From an uncultured virus (IMG/VR IMGVR_UViG_3300047481_002482) (taxonomy: Duplodnaviria > Heunggongvirae > Uroviricota > Caudoviricetes), in the IMG/VR virus record IMGVR_UViG_3300047481_002482: a stretch of 64,000 nt of DNA. One strand, written 5' to 3'. Of this stretch, positions 38,232-49,794 are shown one piece after another. Position 1 is the first letter of the stretch. The number at the start of each line of letters is the position of its first letter. A program made the translations under genes and the position numbers. Under the pieces are notes generated by a model that had not been told where the DNA came from, made no database searches, and worked only from the letters and a program-made list of their open reading frames with translations.

Positions 38232-39283
38232 CCATGCGATATGTGCTGATTGACACTGCCAATATGTTTTTCCGTGCCCGGCATGTGGCTTTCCGGGCCG
38301 CTGATACCTGGGAAAAGATAGGATATGCCCTGCACATCACCTTGAGTGCTGTGAACAAAGTGGCCCGCAGATTTGAAGCAGATCATGTGATGTTTGCACT
38401 GGAGGGTCGTAGCTGGCGCAAGGATTTCTACGAACCATATAAGAAAAACCGTGCTGTGGCCCGTGCTGCGCTCACAGAATCCGAACAGGAAGAAGATCGC
38501 TTGTTCTGGGAAACTTATGACAGTTTCACTAAATACTTGGCTGAACAGACCAACTGCTCAGTGATCAGGCACGAAGCGGCCGAAGCTGACGATATCATAG
38601 CTCGCTGGATAGCTTTACACCCCCAAGACCATCATACCGTAGTTTCAAGTGATACAGATTTCGTGCAACTCATCGCCCCGAATGTGGATCAGTACAACGG
38701 CATCACTGATGAGTTGATCACTGTGCGCGGTATATTCGACGCCAAAGGTCGGACAGTGACAGATAAAAAAACCAAAGAGGCCAAAAAGATCCCGGATCCA
38801 GAATGGCTGCTGTTCGAGAAATGCATGCGCGGTGATGCTTCAGACAATGTGTTTTCAGCCTATCCAGGTGTGCGCACCCGTGGAACAAAAAACCGGGTGG
38901 GACTGGAAGAAGCGTTCCAGGATCGCACAAGCAGGGGTTATGCCTGGAACAATCTCATGTTGCAACGCTGGACTGATCACAATGGTGCGGAGCATCGCGT
39001 GCTGGATGACTACAATCGCAATCGCAGTCTGATCGATCTCAGAGCCCAGCCCGACACCGTGAAAGCCTATGTAGATACTGCCATACATGAACAGATCAGC
39101 CACAAAGACATCGGGCAAGTGGGCGTGCGATTCATGCGTTTCTGTGGTCGATATGAACTTAATAAAACCTCTGAATCAGCGGAACAGTATGCTGCCTGGT
39201 TGAACCAGACTTATCAAGGAGTGTTAGATGATAGTAGCAAAAGCGGTAATACCAAACCAATATTGGATCTTGCAACAAGATGA
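38228..39283 (+). CDS. rnh: RNase H / 5'-3' exonuclease (T4 rnh-like)
   Basis: LID..N, WRK..Y..YK.NR, EADD, SSD.DF.QL, GD.SDN. Confidence 0.9.
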   Translation: MTMRYVLIDTANMFFRARHVAFRAADTWEKIGYALHITLSAVNKVARRFEADHVMFALEGRSWRKDFYEPYKKNRAVARAALTESEQEEDRLFWETYDSFTKYLAEQTNCSVIRHEAAEADDIIARWIALHPQDHHTVVSSDTDFVQLIAPNVDQYNGITDELITVRGIFDAKGRTVTDKKTKEAKKIPDPEWLLFEKCMRGDASDNVFSAYPGVRTRGTKNRVGLEEAFQDRTSRGYAWNNLMLQRWTDHNGAEHRVLDDYNRNRSLIDLRAQPDTVKAYVDTAIHEQISHKDIGQVGVRFMRFCGRYELNKTSESAEQYAAWLNQTYQGVLDDSSKSGNTKPILDLATR

Positions 39284-39695
39284 TCGCAAGATAGGCAACA
39301 TCCAAGCCGCAGCCGACGGTTTCACCGTGGTCATAAACGGCAGCCAACAGAAATTCAAGACACTGCGTACCATCCGTAGCAAGGTGTCTATTGATTTCCA
39401 GAGCATTCCTAGATCTCGAGATCCTAACAAAGACAACACTGTTCTGGGTTATGCCACTGATGCTGTACCTTACAACGGCGTGTTTGATGTGCCACATCGA
39501 GTGCCTTTATGGACACGGGAGCCTAGATCCAAGTCCTGGTATGCGGCCGGTTGGTATCTCATACGCCACGGTCGTGCATGGCAGTCAGAGTTCTGCCCCA
39601 AGATGATCATGCTGAATCGCAATGAGTTCTTAGGCCCATTCCATACTGAAGAGGAAGCACTCACACATGAGCCTGCACATCAACAGGTTTATTGA
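39228..39695 (+). CDS. Hypothetical protein
   Basis: 155 aa; AAGGAG RBS. Confidence 0.75.
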   Translation: MIVAKAVIPNQYWILQQDDRKIGNIQAAADGFTVVINGSQQKFKTLRTIRSKVSIDFQSIPRSRDPNKDNTVLGYATDAVPYNGVFDVPHRVPLWTREPRSKSWYAAGWYLIRHGRAWQSEFCPKMIMLNRNEFLGPFHTEEEALTHEPAHQQVY

Positions 39696-39867
39696 TCGAG
39701 TACGGAGTGCAGAACACCGCGGTCAGAGAGATTTCACCATGACCATGGCCGAAGCTAAAGATCTGCAGAGCGATCTTGCTAAACTGCTGTTGGCCTTGCA
39801 TGTGGCTGCACAAACCACGCAGACAGACAGCACCACCACGGTGGAGATCGATGGCGGCGGATTTTAA
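39667..39867 (+). CDS. Hypothetical protein
   Basis: 66 aa ending DGGGF; GAGG RBS. Confidence 0.7.
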   Translation: MSLHINRFIDRVRSAEHRGQRDFTMTMAEAKDLQSDLAKLLLALHVAAQTTQTDSTTTVEIDGGGF

Positions 39868-39905
39868 AACTACCTACATTATCATAAATAATTGTAGGAA
39901 CAGAT

Positions 39906-40211
39906 ATGAGCAGACCTAAACCCAAAGTGCTGGCCGAAATAACCAACCGTAATACCTACAAGACTGAGCAGGTCCTGGCGGCCGAAGGAATCTGGGCAGT
40001 GTTCTTTGACGGGTCACCTATCAATCTCAAAACTGCCAATCTCCTGGTGCAATATCCTGGGCCCAAATACAAAAAGGTCTCGTTTTCCAATGCAGGACAC
40101 GCACGAAACTTAGCCCGCAAACTCAACACACAGTTCCGTACCGACAAGTTCACCGTGGTGCTTCTCACACAAGGGGACCAAGTGTACCCCGATGCACGAT
40201 CGTCGACTTGA
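39906..40211 (+). CDS. Hypothetical protein
   Basis: MSRPKP..L start; TAAATA upstream at 39885. Confidence 0.75.
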   Translation: MSRPKPKVLAEITNRNTYKTEQVLAAEGIWAVFFDGSPINLKTANLLVQYPGPKYKKVSFSNAGHARNLARKLNTQFRTDKFTVVLLTQGDQVYPDARSST

Positions 40212-40572
40212 AATCGTCCAGCGGCTGATGCCGCAGATTCCCATGGAATATCAGCGGAGCACAGATTCCGCTATGCGCACCTGGTGGGCCAATATCCGCA
40301 GAGATGGTGGCATGCGCCTGACCGATCTGGGTTACGAAATCATGCATGATGTTCTGCGTTTGGAGAGTTGGGAACTGGATCTCCGAGATCGAGATCACAC
40401 TGTCTTTACCAAACGGCTCATAGTGGATCTGGATCGCAAACTGGAATGGCCCTACTACATCGAGGTCAGCATAAAAAAGAAACGCCGGCGCATGGTTTTT
40501 TTCGGCAGCCGGGAAGCCATGATGGCCACCATGTATGGAGATCTCAAACAGTGGCTGGCGAGCATAGATTGA
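40192..40572 (+). CDS. Hypothetical protein
   Basis: 126 aa; WW.N.R..GG.RLT..G. Confidence 0.7.
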   Translation: MHDRRLEIVQRLMPQIPMEYQRSTDSAMRTWWANIRRDGGMRLTDLGYEIMHDVLRLESWELDLRDRDHTVFTKRLIVDLDRKLEWPYYIEVSIKKKRRRMVFFGSREAMMATMYGDLKQWLASID

Positions 40573-40664
40573 CCGATAAATGCGTCTGCGTTATGCTGTG
40601 ATCAATGCAGTGATCTTAAAAAAGTTGTTGGTAAGTGCTTGCTAACAAAGCGATCCAGCGGCGG

Positions 40665-40693
40665 TTGACCAAAAATGGCATTTTTGGTATAAT
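40665..40693 (+). promoter_or_regulatory. Sigma70 promoter (leaderless transcript likely)
   Basis: TTGACC-N17-TATAAT; ATG 6 nt downstream. Confidence 0.8.
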
Positions 40694-40699
40694 ATTATT

Positions 40700-41044
40700 A
40701 TGGATGCTAAGAAAACACCCCGTAAAAAGCGAGCAGATCGCACACACATCGTGTACAAGATCCAGTCGGGCACAGACTTCTATATCGGCGTTACAGCCAA
40801 GACCGAATCAACGGTACTGAAGTCGGTGCGCACCCGGATGAACAAACACCTGTATCGCAGCCGCTCAGAAGACAAGAGCTGGGCCTTGTATGAAGCACTC
40901 CGTGGACGTGGCCCCGAGTGCTTCTGCTACTCGATTGTGGCCGTGGTGCGTGGCAAGACTGAAGCCCATCAACTGGAGCGTGCCTTGATCCGTGAACTGC
41001 GACCAAACCTAAACACTGATATTCGTGAGAGGAAAGCGGCGTGA
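40700..41044 (+). CDS. GIY-YIG-like nuclease domain protein
   Basis: IVY...FYIGVT, R...H, E..LI....P.LN. Confidence 0.7.
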   Translation: MDAKKTPRKKRADRTHIVYKIQSGTDFYIGVTAKTESTVLKSVRTRMNKHLYRSRSEDKSWALYEALRGRGPECFCYSIVAVVRGKTEAHQLERALIRELRPNLNTDIRERKAA

Positions 41045-41358
41045 CCATCATCGTCGTGCTCGCCACCGCGCCAGACCTGGATGTCGCCGAACGGCTGGCA
41101 CAAGATGTGCTGGAGCGGCGCTTGGTGGCCTGTGTGACGATCCTGCCTGGTGCCCGGAGCCACTACTGGTGGCAGGAACGGTTGGAGACGGCAGAAGAAG
41201 CGCAGATAGTCATGAAGACCACCCAGGACCGTTGGGCACGGCTCGAAGCCCATTGGCAGCAGATCCACCCCTATGACACACCAGAATTGGTGGCCTTGCC
41301 GGTCACGGCAGGCTACAGACCCTACCTTGATTGGATCGTAAAACAGGCCACCACATGA
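41041..41358 (+). CDS. cutA: Divalent-cation tolerance protein CutA
   Basis: LVACV, S.YWW, E....MKT, HPYDTPE. Confidence 0.92.
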   Translation: MTIIVVLATAPDLDVAERLAQDVLERRLVACVTILPGARSHYWWQERLETAEEAQIVMKTTQDRWARLEAHWQQIHPYDTPELVALPVTAGYRPYLDWIVKQATT

Positions 41359-41690
41359 AAGATTGTACGGATCGTCTGGTACGCGATGGTTGGGTGGCTG
41401 TGCTATACTCGCCGAGTTATGGAGCGGGTTGGAGCACCTGGCAACCGGATCCCGATGTACGAATGGCCATGTTGTTTGATCCGCAGATCGCGGACCTAGT
41501 ACAGAGGTCGCCAGATTGGCAAGAGAAAGCCGAAGCCATGGCCCGGATCAAGTATCCCGATGCATATCTGGGTGGCCTACAGCATCTTAAAGTGAAATGG
41601 TTGAGGCAGGGCACCCAGTTTTACATAGACGAACGCGATGGCAGTGAATCCATAGTGGTCAACGGAGAACAAGAATGGATAACAGCATGA
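41355..41690 (+). CDS. Hypothetical phage protein
   Basis: VAVLYSP.YGAGWSTW, E.DGSE. Confidence 0.75.
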   Translation: MKDCTDRLVRDGWVAVLYSPSYGAGWSTWQPDPDVRMAMLFDPQIADLVQRSPDWQEKAEAMARIKYPDAYLGGLQHLKVKWLRQGTQFYIDERDGSESIVVNGEQEWITA

Positions 41691-41818
41691 CCCGTAGACA
41701 ACAGCCGACTCGGCCACGCAACTGGGTAGCCAAGAACAACCGCAACCGTCCGGTTCGCCATCGCATGGCCACAGATTACCAACGCCAACCCAAACATCGA
41801 AACCAGGAGGCTGTATGA
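41687..41818 (+). CDS. Small basic protein, 43 aa (MTRRQQPTRPRNWVAK...YQRQPKHR), not in track
   Basis: ATGA-coupled on both sides. Confidence 0.65.
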   Translation: MTRRQQPTRPRNWVAKNNRNRPVRHRMATDYQRQPKHRNQEAV

Positions 41819-42042
41819 TCGAACTCACCGGATTATCACCCTTGCAACGAGAACTGGCCGACCGCATGTGGCAGATGGAATCTATAGATGAAATCGTGAC
41901 CTGGATCAACAGCATGCCCAGGTCCGTGGCCCTGCAGGCCTACATCGTGATGCAGATGATCATAGCAGCCGAGATAGACCGGGCGGCCGAGGATGACGTG
42001 AGCGTGGCCCGTGACATCATCGAAAGGATCCGCTCATGCTGA
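41815..42042 (+). CDS. Hypothetical protein
   Basis: 75 aa; AGGAGG RBS. Confidence 0.75.
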   Translation: MIELTGLSPLQRELADRMWQMESIDEIVTWINSMPRSVALQAYIVMQMIIAAEIDRAAEDDVSVARDIIERIRSC

Positions 42043-42725
42043 AATATGAAACCATCCATACAGTGAACGCCGCACGACGGCGCATGACGGACAGCCGCAG
42101 AGATCGCTATGGTTATAGTTGGCGATCAGATGGCGCCACACTGGATCAAGATCGGCTCACCATGTTCACTTTAGAGCAGGCTGCCATAGATGACAGCTGC
42201 CACAATCTCGAGTGGTCGCTGGCTGTGGCCCGCGAGCACGATCAACAGTGGTTGGTGCTGGCACCCATGACCATACAGACCCTGGGCTGGGCCGGAACAA
42301 ATCAAGTGGCTGATGACATCGCACCTCGATCATGGATACGAGAGTTCCGGCGATGGTTGGACAGCGAGCATCAGGATGCTCGCACAGAATCCAGCGACCG
42401 CGCAGAAGTCATGCACTTGCATACCTGGCGTCGCTGTTTCACTACCAAGGAACACCAGGGCGTGTACGAAGTCAGCACCGGCCGCAGGCTCACCAGTCGT
42501 GAAGAGATCATAGAATCATTCTGGCACATGGGCTTTGCCACCTGGCGCGGCCGACCCTACTCGGTTGCCAAACAGCGTTGGTCCGGCAACCGAACGGAAC
42601 TGGAAGATCTCACCGACCTCTATCACCAGCATTATGCCAGGCACCGCACTTCGGACATGGCCAAGAAAATGGTGTCAGCATTCCGATCGATCAATCGCTA
42701 CGCGGCCTGGCCTGGAGCTTGGTAA
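42036..42725 (+). CDS. Hypothetical protein
   Basis: 229-aa ORF in operon. Confidence 0.7.
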   Translation: MLKYETIHTVNAARRRMTDSRRDRYGYSWRSDGATLDQDRLTMFTLEQAAIDDSCHNLEWSLAVAREHDQQWLVLAPMTIQTLGWAGTNQVADDIAPRSWIREFRRWLDSEHQDARTESSDRAEVMHLHTWRRCFTTKEHQGVYEVSTGRRLTSREEIIESFWHMGFATWRGRPYSVAKQRWSGNRTELEDLTDLYHQHYARHRTSDMAKKMVSAFRSINRYAAWPGAW

Positions 42726-42728
42726 GTC

Positions 42729-42944
42729 GTGCCCGAGTTTGAGGATCTTTTCCCTTACGAATGTCGCACCGGGCATCCCTATGATCAGGTGGTACCATGG
42801 CTAGAAGCCACGATCGGAGAGTTTGATCGGGAATGGTATCGCTATGGATCAGACATAGCCTCGGGCATCACTGGATGGGTTCCGGATATCTACAGATTCA
42901 GAGATGAGCAGGCCGCGGTGTTGTTCCGACTGCGATGGTCTTGA
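42729..42944 (+). CDS. Small hypothetical protein (F.DE..A..F.L.W family)
   Basis: C-terminal FRDEQAAVLFRLRWS. Confidence 0.65.
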   Translation: MPEFEDLFPYECRTGHPYDQVVPWLEATIGEFDREWYRYGSDIASGITGWVPDIYRFRDEQAAVLFRLRWS

Positions 42945-43207
42945 TCGCTCGGCGGCATGCCACAGCAGTGATAGACTGGCTGGATGCCGAGGTGTCACCC
43001 AATCAACCCTATCGTGTGCCCGATATCGAACGCACTGAAGACAGCCGTAAGAATCCCTACTATGTTTCCACTACTGCGCAGATCGCGGAATGGCGTGGTG
43101 TGGACGATATGTGGCGAGTGCGACAGAGTGCGCGCAATCGCATGATTGAAGTCACTTGTGCTGATCCCCAACTGGAGTGCTATATAGCCCTGCGCTGGGG
43201 CCAATAA
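42935..43207 (+). CDS. Small hypothetical protein
   Basis: Ends YIALRWG, similar to upstream ORF. Confidence 0.6.
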   Translation: MVLIARRHATAVIDWLDAEVSPNQPYRVPDIERTEDSRKNPYYVSTTAQIAEWRGVDDMWRVRQSARNRMIEVTCADPQLECYIALRWGQ

Positions 43208-43231
43208 AAAACCGCCCGAGGGCGGTTTTTT
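43206..43231. terminator. Bidirectional intrinsic terminator
   Basis: AAAAAACCGCC-cgag-GGCGGTTTTTT between convergent genes. Confidence 0.9.
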
Positions 43232-43248
43232 GTGGACCAAATCCGCTA

Positions 43249-43407
43249 TTACTTCTTGGCGGGTTCGGCTTTTTTCTCATCTTTCTTGGCGGGCTCGGCC
43301 TTGGCGGCAGCGGGCTTGGCCTCTTCCTTCTTGGCGGGAGCGGCAGGGGCTTGGGCAAAAGCAGACACAGCAAACAGACCAGCGACGGCGGTAACGATGG
43401 ATTTCAT
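43249..43407 (-). CDS. Secreted Ala/Lys/Pro-rich small protein (acid-shock-protein-like), 52 aa
   Basis: Signal peptide MKSIVTAVAGLFAVSAFA, PAKK repeats, GAGG RBS, TAAATA upstream on minus strand. Confidence 0.75.
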   Translation of the reverse strand: MKSIVTAVAGLFAVSAFAQAPAAPAKKEEAKPAAAKAEPAKKDEKKAEPAKK

Positions 43408-43652
43408 TTTTTTCCTCTTTGCAAAAAGATTTGGATTCACTGGGACCACCCCAGTGTACGGATATTTAATCAGCAGATCGCACGGTGAAGAAAAATCCCG
43501 GAAGATCCGGGATTGATGCTGACCATTTGGCCTATTGTACGCCGTCAGCGGGCGAGTGATTCCAGGTTGATCTATTTAGTGTTTGTTTGTTACAGGCCCG
43601 TGACACTTAACCGTGCGCATTTCCCAAAGACCAGACCCAGTAAATATGTGCG

Positions 43653-44456
43653 ATGCCACAAACACAACGACATCGCACTATCTGCATATCGGACATACAT
43701 CTGGGCAGCAGGCATTGCCAGGCCCGGGTGCTCATGGACTTCCTGGATCACAACGATGCAGACAGGATCTATCTGGTAGGTGACATCATTGACGCATGGA
43801 AGATCCATGTAAACAAGTGGCGCTGGACCTCCAACCAGTCGGGTGTGATACAGAAAATATTGAAGAAGGCCCGCAACGATACGCAGATCGTGTGGATCCT
43901 GGGCAACCACGACGAGTTCCTGAGACCTTATCTGCACCACAATCTCAACTTCGGCAACATCGAGATCGCCAACCAATGGGAACACACGGATGCACAGGGT
44001 CGGCGCTGGCTGATCACCCACGGTGATCTCTTCGATGGTATCAGCAGGATACATCGCTGGTTATCGATCCTGGGTGACTCGGCCTATGACTTCGTGCTGT
44101 GGCTCAACACTCACTTCAATCGGGTGCGCCATCGCATGGGATTCGGCTACTGGTCGATGGCCAAGTTCCTCAAGCACCGCGTGAAGAAGGCCGTGGACTT
44201 CATTTACCAGTTCGAATCAAACCTAGCCGCCTACTGCCGGAAACGCGGATTTGATGGCGTGATCTGCGGACACATACATGCGGCCGAGATCAAAGAGATC
44301 GATGGCGTGATCTACATGAACGACGGAGACTGGGTGGATTCATGCACCGCCCTGGTAGAAGATTATTCAGGCGAGTGGCGCATCATACACTGGACCAAAG
44401 GAGCACCAAATGTGGATACTGTTAGTGATGTCGGTGCACATCAACAACCCCTCTGA
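43653..44456 (+). CDS. Metallophosphoesterase (UDP-2,3-diacylglucosamine hydrolase-like)
   Basis: SDIHLG, GDIID, GNHD, HGD, CGHIH, N.GDWV. Confidence 0.9.
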   Translation: MPQTQRHRTICISDIHLGSRHCQARVLMDFLDHNDADRIYLVGDIIDAWKIHVNKWRWTSNQSGVIQKILKKARNDTQIVWILGNHDEFLRPYLHHNLNFGNIEIANQWEHTDAQGRRWLITHGDLFDGISRIHRWLSILGDSAYDFVLWLNTHFNRVRHRMGFGYWSMAKFLKHRVKKAVDFIYQFESNLAAYCRKRGFDGVICGHIHAAEIKEIDGVIYMNDGDWVDSCTALVEDYSGEWRIIHWTKGAPNVDTVSDVGAHQQPL

Positions 44457-44616
44457 TGTGCCAGGATGGGTGCGCATACCCATGGAGAGCCAAGCCCAGT
44501 GCGAACGGGCCCAGGCCGGAGTCACAGCCTGGCTCAAGTTTGAATTATTCAAGATAACCACACAATGTCTGCAAGAATCATCCTCGTCATCACCGATAAC
44601 ACGCCCGACCAGATAA
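44410..44616 (+). CDS. Small exported hypothetical protein
   Basis: AAGGAG RBS; hydrophobic N-terminus; two Cys. Confidence 0.55.
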   Translation: MWILLVMSVHINNPSDVPGWVRIPMESQAQCERAQAGVTAWLKFELFKITTQCLQESSSSSPITRPTR

Positions 44617-45569
44617 ACGGCGTGGTAACCACCTTCCGCTGCCTGGAGCCGCAGGCCCGCTCAGATGGCTACGAGATCCAGTACATTCATCCCGGCCTGT
44701 TCTGCCATATCAGTTGTCCGGGCTATCCTGAAGTCCGGCTGGCATGGCCACGCGGCATAGGTCGCATGATACGCGATGTCGCTCCAGATCACATACACAT
44801 TGCTACCGAAGGACCAGTAGGTCTAGCCGCCAGATTATGGCTGGATCGCCACGGATGGCGCTACAACACCTCTTACCATACCCGATTCCCTGAGTTCGTT
44901 AAAGAAATCTATGGCATACCCACAGGCATTACCTATGCCTATCTGCGCTGGTTCCACAAGCACTCGGGTCGAGTGCTCACAACCACCGATACCATGGTAG
45001 AAGAATTACGGGCGCATGGGTTTGCGGGCGACATACGGGCCTGGACCCGCGGTGTGGATCGGGATCATCTACAACCCTCGAGAGATCGAAAGCCGGACCA
45101 CCGTTTCCAGGATCGGCCTCGGGTGTTGTATGTGGGCAGAGTGAGCCGCGAAAAGAATCTCGAATCACTATGCGAACTATATTCGGAGTTCCTGATCGAT
45201 GTCGTGGGTGATGGTCCGCACCGCGCAGAACTAGAGCGGCGATATCCCCGCGTGAACTTCCTGGGATATCGCCGGGGATCGGCCCTGGCTGATTGTTACG
45301 CACAGGCGGATGTGTTCGCTTTCCCTAGCCGGGCAGACACTTTTGGCATCGTAATGATCGAGGCTATGAGCCTGGGCACGCCCGTGGCCGGCTATCCGGT
45401 ACCAGGTCCCTTGGATGTGATCGAGCCGGGTGTTACCGGATATACCGATGAAGATTTAGGGCGTGCTATAAGACTATGCATGGGCCTGGATAGATCTCGG
45501 ATAGAACGGGCCAGCCAGAGATGGACCTGGAATCGTTGTTGGACCATTTTTAGAGACAACCTCATCTAG
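44565..45569 (+). CDS. GT4 glycosyltransferase
   Basis: NGV, HIATEGPVG, YVGRVS.EKN, FPSR.DTFG.V..EA...GTPV. Confidence 0.92.
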   Translation: MSARIILVITDNTPDQINGVVTTFRCLEPQARSDGYEIQYIHPGLFCHISCPGYPEVRLAWPRGIGRMIRDVAPDHIHIATEGPVGLAARLWLDRHGWRYNTSYHTRFPEFVKEIYGIPTGITYAYLRWFHKHSGRVLTTTDTMVEELRAHGFAGDIRAWTRGVDRDHLQPSRDRKPDHRFQDRPRVLYVGRVSREKNLESLCELYSEFLIDVVGDGPHRAELERRYPRVNFLGYRRGSALADCYAQADVFAFPSRADTFGIVMIEAMSLGTPVAGYPVPGPLDVIEPGVTGYTDEDLGRAIRLCMGLDRSRIERASQRWTWNRCWTIFRDNLI

Positions 45570-45608
45570 GTTGACTTGGCCCTTGGGAGATGTTACACTC
45601 TTGTTGTA

Positions 45609-45684
45609 GGGCCGGTAGCTTAAACAGTAAAGCAAGGTACTCATAATGCCTGGAGTGTGGGTGCAAGTCCTACCCGGCCTACCA
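45609..45684 (+). tRNA. tRNA with CAT anticodon (Ile2-like or Met)
   Basis: Cloverleaf GGGCCGG/CCGGCCT, loop CTCATAA, encoded CCA; own TTGACT-N17-TACACT promoter at 45571-45599; atypical T-loop TGCAAGT. Confidence 0.85.
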
Positions 45685-45799
45685 TCCAGTTTTACCAGAT
45701 TTCTAGCATACTCTGTCAAAATCCTGTATAAATATTATTTGCTCAGTGCCCCTTGGGACTGTGCAAATTTTCTTGCTGAACCTAAAGGAGAAAAACGCA

Positions 45800-47739
<1,940 letters not shown>

Positions 47740-47742
47740 ACC

Positions 47743-47769
47743 AAAAAGGGAGGCTGGTCCTCCCTTTTT
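47743..47769 (+). terminator. Intrinsic terminator after groEL
   Basis: AAAAAGGGAGG-ctggt-CCTCCCTTTTT. Confidence 0.88.
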
Positions 47770-47775
47770 GCTGTT

Positions 47776-48138
47776 ATGGAAGCCACCGGACATCTGGATC
47801 TCGATATATGCCAGTGCTGGTGGCTGACGGAAAAAGTGCGCGGCGATGATGTGTATGCACAGAATCTTTATGCGGCCATGTGCAATCAAGCATGGCAGTA
47901 TCAAGATGTATGGACGGTGCTCACAGATCGAACCTGGTCATGCTCTTGGCGATCTGCCGGGGCCATCGTGGCCGACATCCGTGGTGAAGGTGATCACCTG
48001 GATTGGTACTGTTCGGGCAGCCTGGGCAATCCCGACAATCACGGACACACACCAAGACAATACGTGGACGAGGGAACGATCACGGATGAGATCCGGCATG
48101 ATCTGGCCGAAATCGGTTGGATTCCCGTGGTTGACTAA
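47776..48138 (+). CDS. Hypothetical phage protein
   Basis: YAQNLYAAMCN, WSCSWR..G.IVA, DWYCSG. Confidence 0.75.
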   Translation: MEATGHLDLDICQCWWLTEKVRGDDVYAQNLYAAMCNQAWQYQDVWTVLTDRTWSCSWRSAGAIVADIRGEGDHLDWYCSGSLGNPDNHGHTPRQYVDEGTITDEIRHDLAEIGWIPVVD

Positions 48139-48189
48139 TAAATCTCATTGGTGGTATAATGCTGTATATCATTCCGTAAAAGGTTTATC

Positions 48190-48444
48190 ATGCAAAACAA
48201 AAGTGGATTCGTGCGTTGGATGTTCCGTGGTTGGTATCGTGATCTCACACTATGGGGTCTGATCATCGGCTTGATAGGATTCTTGATCATGGCCGTAGAC
48301 GGGCCATTGATCACAGTATGGTTCTTGCTGTCTGTGGGCCTGGCCCTGGTCATGTTTGATCTTGTGTGCAATTTCCTGCGCTTCCAGTATAGTCTCTACA
48401 CCATGGAACGCGATCGTGTGACTCGTGAACTGGAAAGGAAATAA
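48190..48444 (+). CDS. Small membrane protein
   Basis: Two hydrophobic segments; TTGACT-N18-TATAAT promoter upstream. Confidence 0.75.
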   Translation: MQNKSGFVRWMFRGWYRDLTLWGLIIGLIGFLIMAVDGPLITVWFLLSVGLALVMFDLVCNFLRFQYSLYTMERDRVTRELERK

Positions 48445-48445
48445 C

Positions 48446-49405
48446 ATGGCGACCCGGAAACAGAAACAAGAACTCATAGACACCCTGAAATTCACGCCCA
48501 CTCCGGTGCGCATCCAGCTCTACGGTTACGGTGGTGAATGCTATATCGGATCTGTGAGCAGAGAACAGTATGAGTTCTTTAAGGCAAAACGGATCGATAT
48601 AGATCAATACACCCACTCCTGGGATGAAAACGGCATGTGGGATGATGTGCCCACCGAAATGCGGCCCTTTGATCCGGGAAGTCCCTACGACTGCGACGAC
48701 CTGTTCCATGCTAGCGGTGCTACTATGGATAACAGCAGTTATATCTCAGTGGAAGAAGTTGATTCTGGCCAGGAACTGTGGAAATCGGATCTGGACATCG
48801 CCAATTTGGAAGGTCGGGGTGTCACAGTGGATCTCGTGGATGACTGCGACAGCGTGGACTGGCCAGATGGCAAGATAGTGTTCTGGGGCGGCCAGGGCGA
48901 GAAGGGCTGTTTCTTCGACGGTGAAATCACGCTCCGGGCACCGTTCGATCCCAGTAAACTGCGCATCACTTACGGCAACGGCGATGATTGGTTGATCTGT
49001 TCCGGCGTGGAATATGACGGCGAGGACGTGGAGGGCACAGACGGCTATTCCACCACGGGCAAGTGGGCCGAGGGCAAGTTCTGGATCGCAGGTGGTGAAG
49101 AAGTGTACGAGGGTGTGGAGCGCAACGAAGACGGCGACGAAGAAGAGGATGTAGAGGTCTTAGATGGGGAAGAGATGCAGGCACAGGAAGCCATAGACGC
49201 CGGACCCCACATGTGGGAGGGCATCGAGCTCACTCCCTATCGCGATGCGTCTCTAAAGCCAGACATCAAAGGTCAATACGATGTGCTCACAGGCACCTGG
49301 CCATTCCCCCAGCGTGCGGAATGGACCGGTCGGACCTGGAAAGATCTCAATGGCAAAAGGATTGATGTAGCACAATGGCGGGGACTGAGTCAACCCGCCG
49401 AGTAA
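48446..49405 (+). CDS. Acidic hypothetical protein
   Basis: 319 aa, D/E-rich; GYGGE motif. Confidence 0.75.
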   Translation: MATRKQKQELIDTLKFTPTPVRIQLYGYGGECYIGSVSREQYEFFKAKRIDIDQYTHSWDENGMWDDVPTEMRPFDPGSPYDCDDLFHASGATMDNSSYISVEEVDSGQELWKSDLDIANLEGRGVTVDLVDDCDSVDWPDGKIVFWGGQGEKGCFFDGEITLRAPFDPSKLRITYGNGDDWLICSGVEYDGEDVEGTDGYSTTGKWAEGKFWIAGGEEVYEGVERNEDGDEEEDVEVLDGEEMQAQEAIDAGPHMWEGIELTPYRDASLKPDIKGQYDVLTGTWPFPQRAEWTGRTWKDLNGKRIDVAQWRGLSQPAE

Positions 49406-49413
49406 AGAACACG

Positions 49414-49650
49414 GCGCCTAGTCAGCGCCTAGTCCGACCCCGACGATGAAGTGGTGTGACAGCCACGGGTGGTTCCAGTCCAACCGAACTGGCGCTGGCA
49501 ATGCGACAACGGGCCTGTGGCGAGCGGAGGTTCCCACTACCGATTTGGCCTGCTGAGGTTCTCACAGGGGCGATGGCCGCCTGGCGAGAGCTAACCAGGC
49601 GTAGTGGGTCGGAAAGGAAAGTCACCGCGACGGAGCTGTCAGAGCAGTAG
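49414..49650 (+). ncRNA. Candidate ~240-nt structured ncRNA
   Basis: GC-rich intergenic region with nested helices: CCCACTAC/GTAGTGGG, GCCTGG/CCAGGC, GTGGT/GCCAC, CCAGT/ACTGG. Confidence 0.55.
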
Positions 49651-49655
49651 TTCCT

Positions 49656-49743
49656 ATTGTGCTAGGCTATGGCGCCCATAGGAAAAAAATAATGACAATC
49701 CATAGAAAATACATTGACTCTATGATATATACTCGTGTATAGT
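49656..49743 (+). promoter_or_regulatory. OxyR-like operator plus sigma70 promoter of ahpC
   Basis: ATTG-N7-CTAT-N7-ATAG-N8-TAAT-N8-ATAG, then TTGACT-N18-TATAGT. Confidence 0.55.
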
Positions 49744-49794
49744 AGAAACACTGAGACATAGGGTCTCAAAATGTCCAACCAAAAGGAAACCAAT

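Noticed and set aside
45700..45725. CIRCE element before groES
   Set aside because: Only a loose half-site (CTAGCATACTC); no inverted partner at 9 nt
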